A stretch of DNA of 64,000 nt, taken from Prochlorococcus sp. AG-402-C09 (GTDB lineage: Bacteria > Cyanobacteriota > Cyanobacteriia > PCC-6307 > Cyanobiaceae). The notes below the pieces were generated by a model, which saw nothing but the letters and a program-made list of their open reading frames with translations, made no database searches and was not told the origin of the DNA. The DNA lies in assembly GCA_003279565.1 (NCBI GenBank), contig QCHN01000007.1, positions 5,855 to 69,854 on the forward strand, read 5' to 3'. A program made the translations under genes and the position numbers. How positions within the stretch are numbered: the stretch's first letter is position 1; each line of letters opens with the position of its first letter. This document shows, piece after piece, positions 58,901-64,000 of the stretch.

Positions 58901-60169
58901 AACTGATGTAGCCAAAGTTGCATCTAAGATATCTACATCACCTGAAGCGGAGTTAGTGATAGTTAGTGAATCTGTATCAGTAATATCTAAATCACCTGCT
59001 CCTGAAATATTTAGAGTTTCAGTAGCAGAACCGGTAGCAGCTTCATCAAGTGTTAACTCGTTGGCATCACCAGATGGATTATTAGTTGAAACTAGGTTGA
59101 TAGTCTCAATTCCATCTACATTAATTAGTCCAGCATTTGAACTATTGTTAATAGTTAGAGTTATCGCATCAGAACTACCACTAACAACTGATGCCTTATA
59201 AACCATTGTTACAGGGCCATTATCATCTTCCCTATCAAGGGTAAGAGCAGCAATTTCAGTTAGATTTTCAAGAGTTAATCCACCAGCACCTGAGCGGTTA
59301 ACTGTGATTGTGCTTACACCAGTTACATCTCCAAAATCTACAGTTGTAAGCTGAGTAGCTCTTGCACCACCATTAGCAGGAGCCAATCCATTAGCACGAA
59401 TCTTGATGTTCTCAATCAAGCTTGAAGTAAATGCAGCGTTGTCATCGTCTTCATTGACTGTGATATTAAGAGTATCCGTACCACGTCCACCATTTAATAC
59501 ATCACCCTCAAGTTGACCAGCAACTCCATTGAATGAATCGTTGCCATCTCCACCAGTAAAAGTATCAGCAGATGTAGTTAGTGTATAAGTCGATTTAGCA
59601 GCAGGTGTTCCATTGCCTTCAATGACATCAACACTTGCTGTAACTCCTGCAGCTGTATGAGGAGTATCTTTATCGATACCCAACATGTAATTTTTAGCTT
59701 CTTCAAAATTATCACCAGAAGTAAAAGGTGAAGTACTTAGAGGCTGATAAGCAACCATTGCCGCTGTGCTTGCCTTTACTTCAGCTGTATAAGCTACTGC
59801 TGCGTCACGCCTATTATTAAGAGCCGCTAAATCATCTGCATTTCCACCAGTAGCTCTAACGTTAAAGATCAAATGTGTTGCAATCTCAGCAAGTTGAAGG
59901 ACGCCATTATTAATTTGACTTGTCCAATAACTCAAGCCAGCTGCATCAGCCTCTCTATCAAATAAATTTTTATAAATTTGATTTACTTGGTTTTCTGTAG
60001 ATGAGGTTCCGTATGCATTTTGGAACTCAGCCTGAGCATGCATGTGGGAAGCAAATGCAGCTTGTGAAGTTCCTGCTGACACCCAATAATCAAGGCCGGC
60101 GGGATCAGCAGCTCTTCCGAAGTAAGCAACGTAAAGCTCTTGGATTTGTGTGCTAGTCGCGTTGGCCAT
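56000..60169 (-). CDS. Large acidic RTX-type surface / S-layer-like protein (RsaA/SwmA-like), probable type I secretion substrate
   Basis: 1389 aa, Thr/Ala/Asp/Gly-rich, no Cys seen, no signal peptide; N-terminal LYVAYFGRAADPAGLDYW domain; multiple GGxGxD Ca-binding motifs; SDVITGF near the C-terminus. Confidence 0.85.
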   Translation of the reverse strand: MANATSTQIQELYVAYFGRAADPAGLDYWVSAGTSQAAFASHMHAQAEFQNAYGTSSTENQVNQIYKNLFDREADAAGLSYWTSQINNGVLQLAEIATHLIFNVRATGGNADDLAALNNRRDAAVAYTAEVKASTAAMVAYQPLSTSPFTSGDNFEEAKNYMLGIDKDTPHTAAGVTASVDVIEGNGTPAAKSTYTLTTSADTFTGGDGNDSFNGVAGQLEGDVLNGGRGTDTLNITVNEDDDNAAFTSSLIENIKIRANGLAPANGGARATQLTTVDFGDVTGVSTITVNRSGAGGLTLENLTEIAALTLDREDDNGPVTMVYKASVVSGSSDAITLTINNSSNAGLINVDGIETINLVSTNNPSGDANELTLDEAATGSATETLNISGAGDLDITDTDSLTITNSASGDVDILDATLATSVTHTGSGQLDITLDEDDATVTAADATGKLVVTATEAGDLTLTGGSNGDTFEMGATLAYTDATNHDVIDGGAGIDTLQLTGSAGTVTSVTDGDLNVTNVEQLEIIASTNADTLDFDTFVSPATFSTVIVTSALDAADVTLTDVQASTYTFRNATTGTVADLLADVAIDLKDSSGTADTITINLANRQTGSVAANQNDFTMAELDADAIEVITINATKASSEGTAEDITVTRFGADDLESLTITGNADLTITNALDDEAVTVNAGAFTGALDLLHGTNALTYTGGTGADTIRFAADDLSTTDTITGGAGSDEVIAVLDSGTVTPTISGVETLQLTFSGGQLNASSITDLTTLEIAASTGSGIVTNLASEVATINQLGDGAVVNIGYAASAAATVTYGVVDTNSATIANTSTTFSNVANLTINSDSGNTANVTTDLVSLAGGTALTSLTVTTGDDAGDTIDTGAITAENLTSLTTTSDEANLTLGDLATMDDLATISHTGTGAGLTVIGAIGGTVSADALTSYTVNMSGGAEVHLGNVDAEHADVATFDIDLAGAYATSTLGTVLVDNFTSFDIDTGADGTSFVITAFDVQETMGDITITANEDFSIGTGATGFAVATSVGNVTIVATDTFNIGDSGDFIDEATTVGNISITSSGSGDGVNVGEMDDATTVGNITVVANDDVTMDGASAATTLGNINVTVDGGKTFTGNNDTFGAANSTIGTITASGAGTFNITVGAATSLGDVDLSGLTGSSAVTLNNNTTTGITATLGDGADTFIATGGADNITTGTGVDTITAGGGDDVIAMAEAVGSRSVDHINMSLVAANGSDVITGFTFGTGGDELDVELLAAGDVAGEAAVTAGSTVADAADAQTVYVFADGATAVGGETIADYTDVTDGGDVDLFLNAALTIETGDVDGIAIINDLVTDKAYVYNMDINGTDDTNVDALTLVATISADTADAVFTIANTVYS

Positions 60170-60202
60170 TTTTAGGAAAAAGAAGAATGTTGTTCTTAGG
60201 GG

Positions 60203-60250
60203 GATATCCGCAGCTCAACTACGGATATCTGTTATATGGCAGGCACTATA
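60203..60250 (-). promoter_or_regulatory. Candidate -10 box (TATAGT) and 5'-UTR hairpin of the S-layer-like gene
   Basis: Minus-strand TATAGT at 60250-60245, followed by the stem GATATCCGTAG-TTGAG-CTGCGGATATC at 60229-60203. Confidence 0.5.
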
Positions 60251-60779
60251 TAGCCTGGCTAAACAGAATCCCCGGAAATATAGGCTGATATCGGGATTAA
60301 GCAACCGTTTTCGGAACACAAATTAAGGAAATCCAAACATTTTATGTACCTCTCAGTTTTTTTAAAATGGGTTTTCAAGAGAGCTAATAAATGACAAAAA
60401 AGTATTTCTGACTCAATACAAAGACTGGCATAAACTCAGTCTACTACTTCTTTTTTTAGATTTTCGCCCCAAGCCCATCTAGTTGAAAAAATTTTAAAAA
60501 ACCTGATTTTCTTTTGGCAAATCCCAAAATACAAACGACATTCGATGTACGTTGTAAAAGCCAGAACACAAAGTGCACACTATAAGAATAATCACTCAGT
60601 TCATGCGTAAAAACAGAAGAAATTCAGAAAAAATCGAGAGAAAAAGGCTAAACATGAAACAAACATCCATAGCACAGACAATCCATAGAGTTGGAAAAGT
60701 CAAATAAAAAAGAAAGTTATTCAAAAACTTGAATTAATCACTAGCCAAAGAGGACAATGAATAGAGCTAGCTGATTCTT

Positions 60780-61742
60780 GTGGCTAATAGAACTGCATTA
60801 GTACTTGGATGCAATGGACAAGACGGATCCCTAATAAGTCAATCACTCCTAAATAAAGGCTATCGAGTCATTGGGATATCCAAAACACAAAAGCAACGAG
60901 AATCCAATCTGCAAAAGCTTGGAATAGAAAAAGATCTTGAATTAATTTTTGGTGAGATGACACAACTAAAGTTTTTAAGAAAATTAATTGATCACTATTC
61001 TCCAGATGAAATATATAACTTAGCAAGTCAATCTTCTGTTGGTTTATCCTTCTCAAAACCCATAATCACAATAGAAAGTATTATTTTGATTACAATCAAA
61101 ATGCTTGAGGCATGTAGAGAAATTTCATATACTGGGAGAATTTTCTTTGCAGGTAGCAGTGAAATGTTTGGGAACACCGATCAAGGTGCTGATATCCATC
61201 ACATACAAAATCCACAGAGTCCATATGCAATAGCAAAACAAACAAGCTTTAATTTAGTAAAAATGTACAGAGAGATATTCTCATTGAAATGTATGTCTGG
61301 AGTCTTATTCAATCATGAGTCTAGTTTAAGAAGTGACGTGTTTGTAACACAAAAAATAATTAAAGCAGCAAAGGAAATATCAAAAGATAGAAGCATCAAA
61401 CTTCGATTAGGCAATATTAATGTTATTAGAGATTGGGGCTGGGCTCCGGAGTATATTGAGGCTATACAAATTATCACAAACTCTTCTAAAATCAATGATC
61501 ATGTAATTTGTACGGGAGAAGCTCATACCTTAAAAGATTATATCTCAAAAGTATTTTCATTTTTTGAACTTGAATGGGAAAATCATGTAATTCTTGATAA
61601 AAAATTATTTAGATCAAACGAAATATTAAAGAGTTATGGGAATCCTAAGCCTTTATTCAATCAACTTGGATGGAAACCAAAAATAAGTTTTTCAATGATG
61701 ATCAATAAAATGATATCAGAGTCAATTAGAAATAAAATCTAA
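60780..61742 (+). CDS. Second GDP-mannose 4,6-dehydratase-family extended SDR
   Basis: GCNGQDG, YNLASQSSV, AGSSEMFG, SPYAIAK, LFNHES, RDWGWA; GTG start. Confidence 0.85.
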   Translation: MANRTALVLGCNGQDGSLISQSLLNKGYRVIGISKTQKQRESNLQKLGIEKDLELIFGEMTQLKFLRKLIDHYSPDEIYNLASQSSVGLSFSKPIITIESIILITIKMLEACREISYTGRIFFAGSSEMFGNTDQGADIHHIQNPQSPYAIAKQTSFNLVKMYREIFSLKCMSGVLFNHESSLRSDVFVTQKIIKAAKEISKDRSIKLRLGNINVIRDWGWAPEYIEAIQIITNSSKINDHVICTGEAHTLKDYISKVFSFFELEWENHVILDKKLFRSNEILKSYGNPKPLFNQLGWKPKISFSMMINKMISESIRNKI

Positions 61743-61796
61743 CCTTTAATTTTTATAAACGTAGTTCAAGCTATGTTCTTTTGTTGAAATATAAAG

Positions 61797-64000
61797 TTAA
61801 TAATTATTCTCTAAGCTTCTAATCAAACCTAACAATCTATGAGCCAAATTACTAAACTTATGTGTATCAATCCATTCTCTAGACTTCTTCGTTAAAGAAT
61901 GAATCGAATCGCTTTCAAATAAACTTATAATTCCATCAGCGATATCAAAAGGTTTACAACCTGGCAAACTATAGACTATATCTCTAACATCATCAAAAAT
62001 AGGAATTGGCGTAACTGCCACTGGCACACCTGATGCAATTCCTTGTCTAACAGCACCACTAGCTGACTCGTTAGTAGCTTGATAAGCAAAAACAACTAAA
62101 TCTGTTTTAGAAAGACTTAATAAAGTCTCTTTATCTGATAAAAAATCATGATGTATAACTATATGACTACTAAGATTGAGTTCTCTTATTAAAGTATGTA
62201 TTTCCTTGCTGAGTTGAATGGATAATTCAGATTTATAAAGAGCTGTATATAAAGTCAATTTAACATCAAAATTTCTATTCCTCATGATATTTACTGCCTT
62301 AATTAACTCTAATAATCCCTTATTTGGCAAACAAAAACCATAGGTTGAGATATGTATCTTTTGTCGTTTCTTAGCAGGTTTCTTAATCAAATTATAATCA
62401 AAATCTAGAACACCATGAGGAAACAAACTCACATTTGATACTAAGTTTATTTGCTTTAGACGATTCAAATCTGCGGTTGAATGGACTAATATTCGATCGC
62501 ATAATTTTAATTCTGATACAATCGAAATCAAACGTTTTTCATCTTGCCCAGGGGGATCTAAAGTTGAATGCATAAATAACAATATATTAATATTATTTTG
62601 ATATAGTTTTTGAATAAAAAGCTTGAAAGCCTTAAAATTAAAAAACCCAAAATTAAATTGAATAACTATACTGGTTAAATTATTATTATTAATAATTTGA
62701 TAAAGTTTTTCAAGATTATCTTCTCCAAGTGTCCAACATCGATTTACATTTTGTTCAATATGATTATCTTCAACGTGCTCATTATTAGGTGCAAGAATCA
62801 TTAATTCACTTTGAAAAAACTCTATTAAATGAGAAGAGTAGGTTGCTATTCCACAACGACTATTCCAAGTAGTAACCCAACCAATTTTTATTTTTGGAAC
62901 AAATGAAAAGGGAATTAATTTACTCAAGAAATCGATATTCTTTTGAGCAGTAGATTGCCATGTAAAATTCATTATTGATTTCTTTGCAAGCTGAGTTTTT
63001 TTCTTCAGAAGATCTTGCGGTGATTCATAACATTCCCTCATAAGAATGCTTAAGCTTGATTTGCAAGGTTTAGCCCAGACTGATGAAAACAAACCCAAAT
63101 GATTTTTAGAATATTCAAAACTAAAATCTATCAACCAAGAATTACTTGAATTACAAAAATCGGTTTGCCCCCCCCCAGGCTGTTGTTATGACTGGAATAC
63201 CTAATCGCATAGCCTCTGCGACTGTCAAGTTAAATCCTTCTCCATAACTTGGAGCGACAACTGCGCTACTTGATAAATATAAATATTTGAGTTCAGAAGT
63301 AGATAACTCCTTATCAATAATTAAAACTTCTGGGGCATTCTTTTTTCTCTTTAAAAGATCATTAAGCAAGTCTTTTACATTATTATGTGGATTATTGAAA
63401 GTCTTAATAATTAAAATTACATCATCAAAGATATCAAATGATTGAAAATATGCTGACAACAAACATTCGATACCTTTCCTTGGAAAACAGGATGAAACGT
63501 GTAAAAAAGAAAATTTCTTATTATGTGTAAGGAAATTTGGAGAAGGTTGAATTTCATCTATATGATCTACTCCTAGGCCACAAACCTCAATAGGTATGTA
63601 AACTCCATTATCTATAAGAATTTTTTTTACTTCAGAAGACATTACAGAAATGCCGGTTAAATAAGCATTAAAATGATCAACCCATAAAGAAGGGAACATT
63701 GTCTCTTCCCACCCATAAGCATGTAACAAATTAATAACTCCATTTACATCATGAACCCTGGGAGGATAAAGATTTCTCGAACAAATAAAAAATCTATCAC
63801 GGGTATTTTTAGATTTTTGATAAAGAGAAATTATCGCTTTATTATTATCTAAGAAGTTCAAATCTGGCTCAAAATCACCTGGCCCTTCTGTGGAATGCAG
63901 TGATACACTTTGACCCAGTTTATCCATCGCTAAAGCAAAATTTCTATTTAAGATTGCCAAACTGTATGAGCTATCAAAAGGACCTTCAATCTGCCATGAA
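61797..64000 (-). pseudogene. Multidomain GT4 glycosyltransferase interrupted by a +1 frameshift in a G9 tract (5' end beyond the window)
   Basis: The frame is open from the window end (WQIEGPFDSSYSLA...) through HVSSCFPRKG and EGFNLTVAEAM. Removing one G at 63168-63176 gives TAWGGQTDFCNSSNSWLIDFSFEY, continuous with ORF 61797..63134 (TWNSRCGIATY, YGFCLPNKG, ESASGA). Confidence 0.85.

Larger units (their letters stand above)
42449..64000. other. Cell-surface (S-layer / glycan) variable island flanking secA
   Basis: Abrupt switch from housekeeping genes to glycan synthesis, export and secretion genes; many are visibly more AT-rich; no integrase or transposase seen. Confidence 0.75.

Noticed and set aside
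56403-59201. Long plus-strand ORFs (246, 92, 81 and 62 aa) inside the S-layer-like gene
   Set aside because: Antisense shadows caused by the biased Thr/Ala/Asp/Gly codon use of the real gene; no recognisable motifs.

Overview
AT-rich picocyanobacterial chromosome segment. Gene content, order and protein sequences point to Prochlorococcus, probably a low-light NATL-like lineage (inference). Bases 1-42,425 are ordinary core genome: glgP, tRNA-Arg, rnpB, rnc, ndhS, rimM, glmS, psaC, acpP, fabF, tkt, thiC with a TPP riboswitch, ruvB, smpB, lysS, srrA, mreBCD, ssb, ahcY, mutY, a group-2 sigma factor, mgtE, two crcB, gyrB, miaA, infC, plmA and cysE. From 42,449 to the window end lies a cell-surface island wrapped around secA. 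It encodes a 1389-aa acidic RTX-type S-layer-like protein, a PpiC/HlyB/HlyD type I secretion cassette, two GDP-mannose dehydratase-family enzymes, a TPR-sulfotransferase, a Wzm/Wzt glycan exporter and a multidomain glycosyltransferase. Two observations stand out. (1) The Wzt ATPase carries an N-terminal ~190-aa copy of the same DUF4214/RsaA-NTD-like domain that starts the S-layer protein, and it lacks the usual C-terminal carbohydrate-binding module. This suggests one glycan-recognition domain is used both to export and to anchor onto a surface polysaccharide. (2) The glycosyltransferase is split by one extra base in a G9 tract, a candidate phase-variation switch or a sequencing error. All calls come from reading motifs by eye; no database searches were run.
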